Below, piece by piece: positions 10,345 through 20,637 of a stretch of 64,000 nucleotides of DNA. The notes under the pieces are model-generated. The model was not told the origin of the DNA and did not search any database. It worked only from the letters and a program-made list of their open reading frames with translations. This stretch comes from a virus (taxonomy: Duplodnaviria; Caudoviricetes). The translations under genes and the position numbers were made by a program. How positions within the stretch are numbered: the first letter of the stretch is position 1; each line of letters starts with the position of its first letter. The DNA is taken from the IMG/VR virus record IMGVR_UViG_3300028591_000003, positions 32,001-96,000 of that record; one strand, 5' to 3'.

Positions 10345-10679
10345 TAATATTTATATATTCACGTTTCTTATCTTTTTTATAACTATTGTACCATAATATA
10401 ATATGATACTTATCTCTATAATCTTTATAAATATCCAAATAAGGACTATAAATTATAAATAATGCTAATAATATTAAAAGAAATATAATCATATTATATA
10501 ATATAAATCGTTTCGATTACTTATTCCATAATTTCCTTCTAGTTCAGATTGTGACATCACATAGTTATCTTTAACAAACTACAATTCGTTTAAGGCATAA
10601 TTCCATTTGAGATAACCATCCCATTTCGGAACAATCCCTACTTTACCTTTTCTACAAAGTTTTTTTATTTCGTTATATG

Positions 10680-11168
10680 TCATACTCTATTTTTAAGTTT
10701 TTGAATATACATAGGATCTTCTGCATATCCTATTTTTAATAAATATTCGTAATAATCTCCGCCTTTATATCGATTACTAAATAATTTTTTATAATCTGAT
10801 ATACATTCTTTCCACGTATTATATTCTTTATATTTATTACCTTTTCGTATTCCAAATAAATTGTTCTTATTACGACAAAGTTTACTTGTATAATTTCCAG
10901 TTTCAAGTTTACTTTGTGCAAGAACAATTTTAGAATGAGGAATGTTTTGCCTTTTTAATTCGGCTAAAACATTTCCTTCATTTAAAGGTACTATTGTTTG
11001 ATGAACATAAAGTGTATCTCTACTAACAATAGTATCCCTTTTAACATCAATACTAATTACTCGATCAGTTGGGAGAGAATCAGGAGTATATCTTTCTATT
11101 CCAACTCCAATAAAGATTCCAATAAAGAGTAAACAGAATTCTTTCCAATAATTTTTTCTCATAATCAT
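10680..11168 (-). CDS. membrane-anchored GH73 glucosaminidase-like peptidoglycan hydrolase
   Basis: N-terminal TM; AQSKLETG...NNLFGIR...GYAEDPMY. Confidence 0.85.
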   Translation of the reverse strand: MIMRKNYWKEFCLLFIGIFIGVGIERYTPDSLPTDRVISIDVKRDTIVSRDTLYVHQTIVPLNEGNVLAELKRQNIPHSKIVLAQSKLETGNYTSKLCRNKNNLFGIRKGNKYKEYNTWKECISDYKKLFSNRYKGGDYYEYLLKIGYAEDPMYIQKLKNRV

Positions 11169-11189
11169 CTAATTTTAATTAAAAAATCT

Positions 11190-11297
11190 TTAAATAAATG
11201 GGTTAATTCCATAATTAATTGCAGGGCCATACATACGATTAAATCCTTCAATGTAAGCATGACCAATTTTCTTAAATAAATTTTTTACTTTTTTCAT
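11190..11297 (-). CDS. small protein (35 aa)
   Basis: MKKVKNLFKKIGHAYIEGFNRMYGPAINYGINPFI; promoter-like TTTG-N18-TATATTAG upstream. Confidence 0.55.
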   Translation of the reverse strand: MKKVKNLFKKIGHAYIEGFNRMYGPAINYGINPFI

Positions 11298-11458
11298 AAT
11301 TTACTACAAATTTAAAGTTTATAATATTAATTATCTAAATATAATACTAATATACTCATTTTTAAAAAATATCAAATGACTTGACACTTGATCTTAATCA
11401 AGAAATGAATTTACAAACTTTTAAGATATGTAGTAATAATATTTTTAAGCTTTAGTTT

Positions 11459-11549
11459 TGGGGTGTACTGTGAAATTCGAATTCACGTGTCTATATTTCA
11501 AGAATCGGGGCCACAACCCGACGGGATCGACCACTACCCAAAGTACACC
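11459..11549 (-). tRNA. trnH: tRNA-His(GTG) with long variable region, encoded G-1 and CCA
   Basis: Cloverleaf; anticodon arm TCGGG-TTGTGGC-CCCGA; 18 nt variable region. Confidence 0.85.
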
Positions 11550-11561
11550 ATATAAATATTG

Positions 11562-11632
11562 CGGGGATAGGGGGAATCGAACCCTCTCCTAAAAGTTAAC
11601 AGCTTCTTGCTCGACCTTCGAGCTATATCCCC
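11562..11632 (-). tRNA. trnN: tRNA-Asn(GTT)
   Basis: AGAAG-CTGTTAA-CTTTT; TTCGATT T-loop. Confidence 0.9.
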
Positions 11633-11789
11633 ATATACCTTTTTATTCTTTCCGTATAAAAAGGCTTTTTCAATAAGTTTATTTTTACTAATGTAAGGTT
11701 AAAACACTTATAAACACCTGTCTTGTTACATTTGTAAGACTATCAGTTTGGCAATTTATTTATGTCTCAGCCATTTCGACAGGAAATAG

Positions 11790-11867
11790 AGCGGTATACG
11801 GGAATCAAACCCGTGCATGCCTTCGGAGTGGAGGTCCGATATGCGCCTTCAGCTACACCAATACCGC
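11790..11867 (-). tRNA. trnG: tRNA-Gly(TCC), atypical (C33, TTTG T-loop)
   Basis: TCGGA-CCTCCAC-TCCGA; GCGGTAT/ATACCGC acceptor. Confidence 0.8.
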
Positions 11868-11875
11868 ATAATAAG

Positions 11876-11959
11876 TAGGACAGGTAGGATTCGAACCTAC
11901 AACGTATCAATGTATATGCTCCTAAGGCATACGCGGTTCACCAATTTCGCCACTGTCCC
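11876..11959 (-). tRNA. trnL: tRNA-Leu(TAG)
   Basis: TATGC-CTTAGGA-GCATA; long variable arm. Confidence 0.9.
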
Positions 11960-12104
11960 ATGAATAATAGTCTAAATTTCCTTTCCTCACTTAAAACCCT
12001 TCTCGCGAGCATAAACGTCTTATTTTAAGAATATTGAAAGTTCTATACCATAATGGAACAAACCCCGAAGCTTCTTTATGCAAGTTTGTATTTAGACTAT
12101 TTTG

Positions 12105-12192
12105 CGGTGAGTGTAAGATTTGAACTTACGATACATTTTTGATGTACGGATTCTTAGCAGGAATCTGGTTTAAACCACTCACCCAACTCACC
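12105..12192 (-). tRNA. trnS: tRNA-Ser(GCT)
   Basis: GATTC-CTGCTAA-GAATC; long variable arm; G73. Confidence 0.92.
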
Positions 12193-12198
12193 AATATG

Positions 12199-12285
12199 AG
12201 GAAGCAAAGAGATTCGAACTCTTGAAACGTGTTACCGTTCTTTTGTTTTCAGGACAAACGCTTTCGACCACTCAGCCATACTTCC
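12199..12285 (-). tRNA. trnS: tRNA-Ser(TGA), C33
   Basis: TTTGT-CCTGAAA-ACAAA; long variable arm. Confidence 0.85.
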
Positions 12286-12401
12286 TTATTAAATTATAAT
12301 AACTTCCACCATTTTTATAACTCCCACTATACCAGCCTTTTTTCAGGTTTCCGAGTATCCATTATAGGATTTTGTATTTCTACAACCAGTTATTATAATA
12401 G

Positions 12402-12475
12402 TTCCAGTAGAAAAATTCGAATTTTCGATCTCAGCATTATGAGTGCTGCGCTTTAGACCGCTAAGCTATACTGGA
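12402..12475 (-). tRNA. tRNA(CAT): Met or Ile2
   Basis: CAGCA-CTCATAA-TGCTG. Confidence 0.88.
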
Positions 12476-12610
12476 ATTTAAAAACCTAATTCTTCACTAC
12501 ACCTTTCGGAAGTAGATAAACTAACTGACCCGTCTTACAGAATATATGCTTAAATTGCCGGCATACATATATTAAGAATCGTTGCTCTCAGTATTAGGTT
12601 TTATATTTAG

Positions 12611-12684
12611 TACTCCATGAGAGATTCTAACTCTCGACCCTATCGTTCGTAGCGATATGCTCTAATACACTAAGCTAATGGAGC
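12611..12684 (-). tRNA. trnR: tRNA-Arg(ACG)
   Basis: TATCG-CTACGAA-CGATA; atypical D and T loops. Confidence 0.85.
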
Positions 12685-12685
12685 A

Positions 12686-13003
12686 TTAGTAATTAAATAA
12701 TTGTTCTGGATCTTTAAAATCTTTAAATAGATATGGAGAAACATAATATTTTCCTATCTTATAATCAGCATATTTTACAGTTTTCTTTTGTAAATATACT
12801 TTAGTGTTTCTATCTGTTTCTGGATATAACCACCAGTAATATATATCTAAGTCGTCTGTTGGCTGATTATTAAATAAAGAATACAACTTTGGAATTATAT
12901 GATGTTCCTCAAATTCTACATAATCTCCTCTTCCACCATGAACTATTCTATTATATCCATTAGCAAAGAGTGTTCCATTTTTTAAATATATATTCTGTTT
13001 CAT
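12686..13003 (-). CDS. hypothetical protein within tRNA cluster
   Basis: Start moved to ATG at 13003 (MKQNIYL) because the track start overlaps tRNA-Trp. Confidence 0.75.
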   Translation of the reverse strand: MKQNIYLKNGTLFANGYNRIVHGGRGDYVEFEEHHIIPKLYSLFNNQPTDDLDIYYWWLYPETDRNTKVYLQKKTVKYADYKIGKYYVSPYLFKDFKDPEQLFNY

Positions 13004-13005
13004 AG

Positions 13006-13079
13006 CACTCCGGGTACGAATCGAACATACGCTTTCTTGATTTGGAGTCAAGCCACACTTCCAATTATGCTACCGAAGC
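13006..13079 (-). tRNA. trnW: tRNA-Trp(CCA)
   Basis: CTTGA-CTCCAAA-TCAAG. Confidence 0.85.
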
Positions 13080-13173
13080 TTTTATAGAATTATAAAAAGT
13101 CAAGCGCATTACATACATTCATGTGGCAACTATTAAAAAACTAATTCTATGTCCGTTAGGAAATTTTTGCATG

Positions 13174-13248
13174 TTGGGCAATCTAGAGTCGAACTAGAAT
13201 CTCTTGATTTTCAGTCAAGCGCGAACTGACCACCTGCGCTATTGCCCA
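13174..13248 (-). tRNA. trnF: tRNA-Phe(GAA)
   Basis: CTTGA-CTGAAAA-TCAAG. Confidence 0.9.
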
Positions 13249-13446
13249 AAATTACGTAGATGTATCCAGACCATCTACTTACCCTTTACCTTAGTTTTAC
13301 ATTATAGTTTCCAAAACTTAGCGACGGCGGTTTTCTTACCTACAAAAAGCTCATTACATTCAGTTGCGCAACCTATCACTTCTTGAGTCTAAGTGAGAAT
13401 TGACATAACAGCATTAATGTCTCGTTACCAGACAGATTTGGATTAG

Positions 13447-13528
13447 TGGGTCCTGAGAGACTCGAACTCCCCATGCACGATGCAGCTGATTTACAGTCAG
13501 CCCCGATGCCATCTCCGGTCACGAACCC
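13447..13528 (-). tRNA. trnY: tRNA-Tyr(GTA)
   Basis: GCTGA-CTGTAAA-TCAGC; long variable arm. Confidence 0.88.
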
Positions 13529-13912
13529 ATACTAGATTGTTAAGTACAATCTAGAAAACCAAAAATCTGCAGCCTCTTCACCTGCTGATTAGTAATCATA
13601 GAATAAGATTAACAGCGCTCCTATGGAGTTACCCAATGGTCTGTCACCTACTAACTTCACATCTTACTAACATTATAAAGGTACATTGTTAGAAGGTTCA
13701 GGGTTTCTGATTCTTATTCTTATACCTACTATAAACCCTTTTTCAGTAACACGACAAATCGTATTTCTTGGCTTCCTCGAACCTCTTAAAGTTAATACTG
13801 AACTACAGACAATCCTCTGTCGTACAGGATAGTGGACTTACGATTACCCTAGATGGACAAAGCATCTAGCCTTACGTCTTATATACATTTGCAACTATAT
13901 ATAAGCCAAATG

Positions 13913-13985
13913 ATCCTCCTGCCGGGTATGATCCGACGACATCCACATTACAAGGGTGGTGTTCTACCAACTGAACTAAGGAGGA
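13913..13985 (-). tRNA. trnT: tRNA-Thr(TGT)
   Basis: Anticodon loop CTTGTAA; T-loop ATCATAC. Confidence 0.88.
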
Positions 13986-14041
13986 ATAAAAGGAGCTAAC
14001 TCGTAGCTCCAATAATTAAATTTATATTTTATGATTTCGGA

Positions 14042-14641
14042 TTAAGGCCATTCACCGAGTGGCATTTTAAATCCTAAACTATCTGGAAAAGCGGGATTAG
14101 AATTCTTAGCTTCTCCAGTTACAGCATCGACCCAAATTTGTTCATGAATATTACCAAAAATCCATTGTGTATTAACTGCTATAGGTCCAATAGGATTTCT
14201 TAAAGTAACATGTCTTGAATGAGGTTTAGGGAAATTGACTGCCATCATTTTATCCCAAGCTTCTGCATATTTAAGCTTAATTACTTCATCATTTAGTGAA
14301 TAATTTTCAATCCAAAAACCTTGAATAGAATCATGTACAACTGTGCCATCTTTAAAGTGTTGAAATTTATGTACCCATACATCAGCACCATTGCCTTCCT
14401 CAACAACACTTTGTAAAATATTTATAACCATTTCTGGACTACTTGTTGCACTATCCGAATCCATAAATTCTGGAAGAAGAATTTCTGTTTCGTACCAACG
14501 ATAATTATCTTTATAGTTTGCATACATAGTTTGTCTGTCTAAGGCAATCGAATGTTCTACATCTATAATGCCTTCTTTCGTACAAGACACAAAAGACATT
14601 ACTAAACCAATTAAAAGTGTTAAAATAAAACTCTTTTTCAT
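14042..14641 (-). CDS. putative lipoprotein
   Basis: Signal peptide ending FVSC; PepSY-like IWVDAVTGE near C-terminus. Confidence 0.75.
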   Translation of the reverse strand: MKKSFILTLLIGLVMSFVSCTKEGIIDVEHSIALDRQTMYANYKDNYRWYETEILLPEFMDSDSATSSPEMVINILQSVVEEGNGADVWVHKFQHFKDGTVVHDSIQGFWIENYSLNDEVIKLKYAEAWDKMMAVNFPKPHSRHVTLRNPIGPIAVNTQWIFGNIHEQIWVDAVTGEAKNSNPAFPDSLGFKMPLGEWP

Positions 14642-14678
14642 TTTACATTAATTAAGTTAAAAGAACTATCTACTGATA

Positions 14679-15419
14679 TTATTTTAAATTTTTTATTTCT
14701 TCTTTTGTTGTAGGAAGTCCCTAAGCTTTACACCATTTTCGTATAGCATTATCAGTAACTCCATACATTCTTCCAATTTCACAAAAAGATCGAGTCTAGA
14801 TCAATCGTAGTAATTCTTCTCGTTCCGGTCTTTCAACTTTTTGTAAACTTTTATGGTAACATTCTAAACATCTAGCTCCTTTAGTTGGAATTTCCTTTCC
14901 GCAATCAGGACAATAATAATGTTTAGTTTCTTTTTTCTAAGATTCTATTTTTTCTTTATATTTTATATAAGAATCTTTAAGTTTTTGCGTGTGTTTAAAA
15001 ACATTTGTAATTAAATAATCTTCTGCTTTGCTATAGTTTTGTTGTCCATTTGCAGGAGGTTCTAATCTTAATGTTTTAGAAGTTTTACATTCTTCAACAG
15101 GAACCACATAAACCTTTCCTTTAAAATAAGTAGCAAAATAATCTATTTCTTTATTAGAATAAGTATATCTAATAGTTTCTTTAGTATTAGTAGTTTGACA
15201 AGTAGTACTAAAACTAAATGCATCTTCTTTTATTTTGCCGTGGTCATTAACATAATTAGAACATTTGCATTGGATTCTATAAAGATGTTCTCCATCATCT
15301 GCTATAAAATCATACTTTGCTCCATTTCCATATGGAATTGAACATTCAAAACCTAGCTAAATAAAAGATGTAATACACCGTAACTCATTTGAGTTACCCA
15401 ACATTTGTGTATAATCCAT
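14679..15419 (-). CDS. free-standing PD-(D/E)XK homing-type endonuclease with Zn ribbon and HTH; TAG=Gln
   Basis: 246 aa through 4 in-frame TAG (15357, 14937, 14796, 14721): G...E...KYDFIAD...RIQCK, CPDC..CLEC, EIGRMYGVTDNAIRKW. Absent from ORF track. Confidence 0.85.
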
Positions 15420-15460
15420 AAATTAAATAAATTAAATAATTATTATAACTATCTACTAAG

Positions 15461-15533
15461 TCGGGAAGCCAGAATTCGAATCCAGTCCGCAATCTCCCAA
15501 AGATTTCATGCTACCATTAAACACCACATCCCG
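15461..15533 (-). tRNA. trnP: tRNA-Pro(TGG)
   Basis: C1-G72 acceptor; loop TTTGGGA. Confidence 0.82.
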
Positions 15534-15581
15534 ATAAGTAAACTATTTTCACAAACAATTTACTTTGGATTATACATAATT

Positions 15582-15709
15582 TTAAGAATCAAATAGGGAA
15601 TCGAACCCTATACTAAATATAACTTATAATCTTAAAGTAGCTACCCAATAAGAAGTTATATTCTACAGATTTTTCCTCCTGCTTTACCCTTTTCGCCATT
15701 GATTCTTAA
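15582..15709 (-). ncRNA. tRNA-like RNA without anticodon
   Basis: 11 bp terminal stem, ATAGGG-TTCGATT-CCCTAT T-arm, D-like loop, 10 bp inner stem AATATAACTT/AAGTTATATT. Confidence 0.65.
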
Positions 15710-15824
15710 TAAATAATCCTCTCAACGTATTCCACGAGCAGTTTAATGGTCTATAGATGCCATAGTTGAGCACTCTTTATAGTGTATTCTCTACACAACT
15801 GCTAAGTGTTTAGGATTATTATAG

Positions 15825-15897
15825 ACTCGGAGGTAGGAATCAAACCTACACAAACTGTTTTTGCAGAACAGTGACTTAATCATTCATCCACTCCGAG
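15825..15897 (-). tRNA. trnC: tRNA-Cys(GCA)
   Basis: CTGTT-CTGCAAA-AACAG; U73. Confidence 0.88.
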
Positions 15898-16135
15898 TAA
15901 TAAAAATAAATAATTCCTTCCATCGTGTATAGCTTTCCTATACCTTACTTGGGCATTGAAACTGTTTAGCCGGCTTTCCCCGTTGACCAGAATTATTTAT
16001 TTATTTTTATAAATCACAACAAGTACGTACTTACATTTATCTACCCTCAGGGAGAATTTACCTCTTGCGTTGTCCAGCAACTGCCTTCAAGCACCCAGAA
16101 AACTATACTCTTGATAATGTTTGTTGTGATTTTAG

Positions 16136-16208
16136 TGGGCCCACCGGGGTATGATCCCAGAATACCTGATTATGAGTCAGGCGTTTTAACCACTTGAACT
16201 ACAGGCCC
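16136..16208 (-). tRNA. tRNA(CAT): Ile2 or Met
   Basis: CCTGA-CTCATAA-TCAGG. Confidence 0.88.
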
Positions 16209-16308
16209 TGTTGAGGCATTATTCTTTTTATCTATAATATGTATTTATATTATGTACACTATACAAATAAATATTAATAGGAAGTGTGTAGCCTCCAAAA
16301 CACTTCTG

Positions 16309-16382
16309 TTCTGACACCTGGACTTGAACCAGGGATCTCTTGATTATCAGTCAAGTGCACTAACCTACTATGCTATGTCAGA
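16309..16382 (-). tRNA. trnI: tRNA-Ile(GAT)
   Basis: CTTGA-CTGATAA-TCAAG. Confidence 0.92.
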
Positions 16383-16580
16383 ATTTGCTAGGACTTCCTC
16401 TACCTAGCTTTGCAGATTTTCCTATGAAGGAAGGTTTACTCATACTAAAGTAATGAGGACTTCTCAATATATTTTGAGACATTATATATTGAACTCGTAG
16501 GCTCTGCTTAACCTTACCCGAAAGGATTATTAAGTTATTATATAATAAATTATATTCAAAATAAAAAATGCTAAAATTTG

Positions 16581-17252
16581 TTAATTACAAAATTTTAATA
16601 AAAGGTCTAAACATCCTCCTTGTTTTTCGTAAACAACAATCTTAGTTCCTCGACCTTGTCTAGGAGCAATTTTATGAAATTTTTCTATAGCTCTATTATC
16701 TACTCTAAAACAACCGTGAGATATATTCATTCCATTAAATAAAGGATTTCCTGTACCATGTAATCCTACTCCAGATCTTCCTCCATTATGATTAGTTCTA
16801 TAGAAATAAGTTCCAAATGACATAGTACCTCCATCTTTGGATTCTCCGTTTTCTGGAGCACCTAATCTAAAAGAACCATTAGGACTTTTATTATCTCCAG
16901 TTTTTGATTTATCACCTTTAATCAATCCTGTTCCTACTGGGGATGATATTTGTAATTCACCATTATTATCGTAATACCTAGCTAAATGATTTCTTTTATC
17001 TATAGTCCAAGTATTCCTTGGATTATTAACTTTTTCTCTTGTGAACCAAGGAAATACTCCTGTTACCATAGCATTAGCTCTATTTTTCAGAGCAACAGGT
17101 AATTTAACAACACCAGTAGCTGCAGCAGAAATATTTCTTAATGCTTCAGATCCAGTATTTACTGCTGCCTAATTAATTATATCAGTAGTAGGTTCAATTG
17201 GTTCATTAATAAATTCAAGAGCTTTCTGTAAAAAACTTTTTTCTTTATCCAT
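16581..17252 (-). CDS. L,D-transpeptidase (YkuD-type) protein; TAG=Gln
   Basis: VGLHGT...SHGCFRV; extends upstream through one TAG to ATG at 17252, overlapping the previous stop. Confidence 0.85.
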
Positions 17253-17787
17253 AGGCGTAAATATATATATTTCCTTTTTTATAAAAATATTTTAATACTC
17301 CAATTGTAGTAAGACTGACAGTAAAACATCCTCTACTTTCAGAAGTTATAGGAATTAACACCCCGTTTGGAGTAAGTGATACTCCAAATCCAGGGTGTAT
17401 TAAAATTCCTCTAGTTTCAGCATTTGAATTTGTATTATTTAAACCTCGTAATCTAAAACAGTCTACCATTTTATTACTACGCATTTTATCTAAAGTAGTA
17501 ATTTTATATAGTCCTAAACTAGAACAATTACTTCCTATTTTATTACTAAATTCAGGTTTAAATATTGTACTTTTCCCTCCGTTTCCGTGCTGAACTTGAG
17601 CTGAATAAACAATCATTTTCTTATGTACATCATATATGAATAGTCTATTCATACAAGATAATCTTCTAAAATCTACAAAACATATATAATTTGCATCTTT
17701 AGGAATATTAATCTTCGGAATACCAAAGGGATAATAAATGATTAATGATACTATAAATATAAATAATATTATTAATATCTTCTTCAT
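17245..17787 (-). CDS. L,D-transpeptidase-like protein (YkuD_2 type) with N-terminal TM
   Basis: VDF..RLF..HGNGG..FSN..SSLG..LRGL..NSNA..RGILIH..SRGCF. Confidence 0.85.
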   Translation of the reverse strand: MKKILIILFIFIVSLIIYYPFGIPKINIPKDANYICFVDFRRLSCMNRLFIYDVHKKMIVYSAQVQHGNGGKSTIFKPEFSNKIGSNCSSLGLYKITTLDKMRSNKMVDCFRLRGLNNTNSNAETRGILIHPGFGVSLTPNGVLIPITSESRGCFTVSLTTIGVLKYFYKKGNIYIYAYG

Positions 17788-18128
17788 AATTTAGTTATAG
17801 TACATTTCTTAGTATTAATTTTAAATTTACCTAAAGAAGAATCAACAACATATACATTTCCTTTTTTAGAAATAATTTTTGCTGTTATTCCTAGACATTC
17901 GAAACTTCCATCAGTATTCTTTTTTATGTTGTATTCACCAAGAGGAGTATTTACAACATATTTTTCTGGAGTACTTTTTATAATTCCATAAATAGTTCCT
18001 ACAGGAGCTTCTTTTACTTTGTTGATAACTTCATTTTTAATAGTTTCAAAAACACTTGTTTCGGATTGTGCAAACCCGTTAATGCTCATACCTAGTACAA
18101 ACATTAATAAAATTAACATTCTTTTCAT
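17784..18128 (-). CDS. secreted hypothetical protein
   Basis: Signal peptide ending GFA-Q; internal repeat YVVNTPLG/YVVDSSLG. Confidence 0.7.
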   Translation of the reverse strand: MKRMLILLMFVLGMSINGFAQSETSVFETIKNEVINKVKEAPVGTIYGIIKSTPEKYVVNTPLGEYNIKKNTDGSFECLGITAKIISKKGNVYVVDSSLGKFKINTKKCTITKL

Positions 18129-18129
18129 A

Positions 18130-19656
18130 TTAATTAATTAAATTAGATAAAAAATTCTAATCTAAATTATTTTCACTAATTAAATTCTATAATAAATTCT
18201 CAGACTATTCAGTCATATGTCTTGTATTATGTCCTGTTCCATATTTTGTTCTAACTGGAGTTTTATCAGCTTCTGTTAATCTATCTCCGGTATAGAATCT
18301 TTTACCATAAGGATTATTTACAGTATAATCCCACCAATCTCCATATCTAAGATTTGTTCCATTTTCATCATCAGCAACAAGAGATTGATTTCCCATATAT
18401 CCCATGTTTGGTAATATATAAGCAGTATGATCATCATTCCAATAACCTTCTTTACTATGACTTAAGAAATAATTAGCCATTTCTGAATTAATCCTCTCTC
18501 TTTGTTTAGAATCCTTAATTCTATATGTACTAGCACCTCTAGCTTTTGCAGTAGGAGATTCGTAATCAGGATTAATTTCATAAGTGTCCCACTACTAAGG
18601 TCTACCAGCATACATATTCATTTGATCAAGTCTTGCTCTTATTTCAAATTGATTATTTAAAGGATCACCAATAATTCTAACAGTTCCATTTGGTGCGTTT
18701 CTTGATAAATTACGCCATTCAGCCATACCTTCTGGAGTAGATAAATCAAGTGCTGCCATTCTTTCGACATATTCTCTTCTAGGATCTTTTCCTTTAACTC
18801 CATTAATAAATTTAGAAATTAAAGAACTAGCTTGCAAAGTAGCGGGATCATCAGCAGTTGTTTGTCTTACGTGTCCTTTAGAATCATCACCTGTATAAGG
18901 TTTTAATCCATCTTTTGTCTATATTACATCGCCATAACTATATGGATAAGCATTATCAAAAGATCTTTGAACAACCTTACCAGCAATCCAACCAAGAGGA
19001 GAAGCTTTAACAGCTGTAGTAAATAAATCTTTTCCTCCTTCTTTTATATTTCCACCAAGAAGTTTATCTAAAGACTAATTAAATTCCTCTCCTACTATCG
19101 TACTTCCTTTTCTTTCATCTTCTTTTTTCTAAATAGGCTAATTACTAATTTTCTTCTATCTTCTTCCACTATGATTTTTTATAGCCTATTCAGTCAAAGA
19201 ACCTCTAACTCCATCAACAGCCTATTCGTAAGTTATTTCTCTTCCTTTTTTATCTTTTAATCCTTTATATGCTCCGTTTTTCCATAAATAATCTTGAAGT
19301 ATTGTAATACTATTTGACTTTGGTTTATTATTCAACCTCTAATAAAATATTCTTTGATTATTTAAATTAGATTCTCCTCTATTTAGAGCCTATGTAAAGT
19401 TTTGTTTTCTAGTTGATTTTTTATTTCCGGAAATCCTAATATTTTGTCCAATTTCAATTTTATTAGGATCTTTAATATCAGAATTTAATTTTAATAATTC
19501 CTATAAAGACATTCCGTTAGTCTTTGCTATTTTACCTAAACTGTCTCCTTTTTTTATTGTAACAAATCCTCCACTCTAAAAGAATTTTATGAAATTTTTA
19601 TTTTTAAATCTTTCAATAGGATTTTTATTAACTATTACATTCATATTATTTTTCAT
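18130..19656 (-). CDS. LysM plus peptidoglycan-binding domain protein; TAG=Gln
   Basis: One frame through many TAG joins track fragments 18205-18480 and 18595-18837; LysM TIKKGDSLGKIA...LLKLN..IEIGQNI; PG-binding-like LQDYL...VDGVRGSLT. Confidence 0.82.
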
Positions 19657-19991
19657 TTTAGTATTAAAAATTAAAATTATCTATTTAACAATTAATTTTA
19701 TTACTAAAATATAAAAAATCAAAATTAAATTCCGGTAACTAATTCATCAAGATATTCTCTCCAATATTCATCTTCTATTTCATATTGTTCAGCCAAAAAC
19801 TGTTCGTATTTGTCAAAATCTATTTCTATTTTCATATTATTAAGTTAAAATAAACTAGAGGTTGTCTCTAGTTTAAATACCCTTACCTTTTGCCAGAGAA
19901 GGCAGTACTCTGCGTTTGAATTCTTGTTGACAAACAGCTAACTGTCACCGATCGATTTACAGATTAATCTGAAGGTTGGTCGGACACAACC

Positions 19992-20384
19992 TTATTCATT
20001 ATAATTCATTTCTTTTAAGAAAATTTTGAGAGCTTCTATAGCATCTTTTTCTCTTAAGAAATAAGGAATACCTGTATACATGACAGAAGAATGTTTAATA
20101 ACAGTCCAACCGTCATATGTACTTTTACCTATGAAATATTTATCACAATTTGGTTTTATAACGTCTGATGGTCTTTTATAAAATTCAGCTAAAACTTTTA
20201 ATACTTGTTCTTCTTTAGAAATTGTAAATGGCTTAACCATCAAAAATATTTGCTGATAAGTTGGAATTTCTAATTCCTTTTTAGTAAAAGCTTGTAAAGC
20301 TAATTCTTTAAGAATGGGATCATCACTAAAATACCATTCTTTGGCTTTATTATAACTTACTTTAATAGTTCTTGTCTCTTCCAT
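19992..20384 (-). CDS. hypothetical protein
   Basis: 130 aa ORF. Confidence 0.7.
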   Translation of the reverse strand: MEETRTIKVSYNKAKEWYFSDDPILKELALQAFTKKELEIPTYQQIFLMVKPFTISKEEQVLKVLAEFYKRPSDVIKPNCDKYFIGKSTYDGWTVIKHSSVMYTGIPYFLREKDAIEALKIFLKEMNYNE

Positions 20385-20385
20385 A

Positions 20386-20637
20386 CTATAATGTAATTAC
20401 ATTTATTATTTTATTAGCTCCTTCAACATATCCAGTAAACAATCTTGGATTATTAGCTACATCAGTATTTACAAAATTATTATTCCAAATAACTTCTCCA
20501 TAAATTACGCCAAAATGTTTAATAGCATTTTCAATTTCATGACCTTCTTTAACAGGCTCTTCAATCATACCTGTTTGTGAAATTCCAGTTAAAGTATCAA
20601 CTATTTGTACATAAACCTTTTTCATCTTTGTATTCAT
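20386..20637 (-). CDS. hypothetical protein (ends at TAG)
   Basis: 83 aa ORF whose TAG abuts the next ATG. Confidence 0.65.
   Translation of the reverse strand: MNTKMKKVYVQIVDTLTGISQTGMIEEPVKEGHEIENAIKHFGVIYGEVIWNNNFVNTDVANNPRLFTGYVEGANKIINVITL

Noticed and set aside
12229-15596. Plus-strand ORFs 12229-12456, 13204-13386 and 15405-15596 (also 33550, 36639, 38664, 38683, 43696)
   Set aside because: They overlap tRNAs, introns or tRNA-like RNAs and have no protein-like features.
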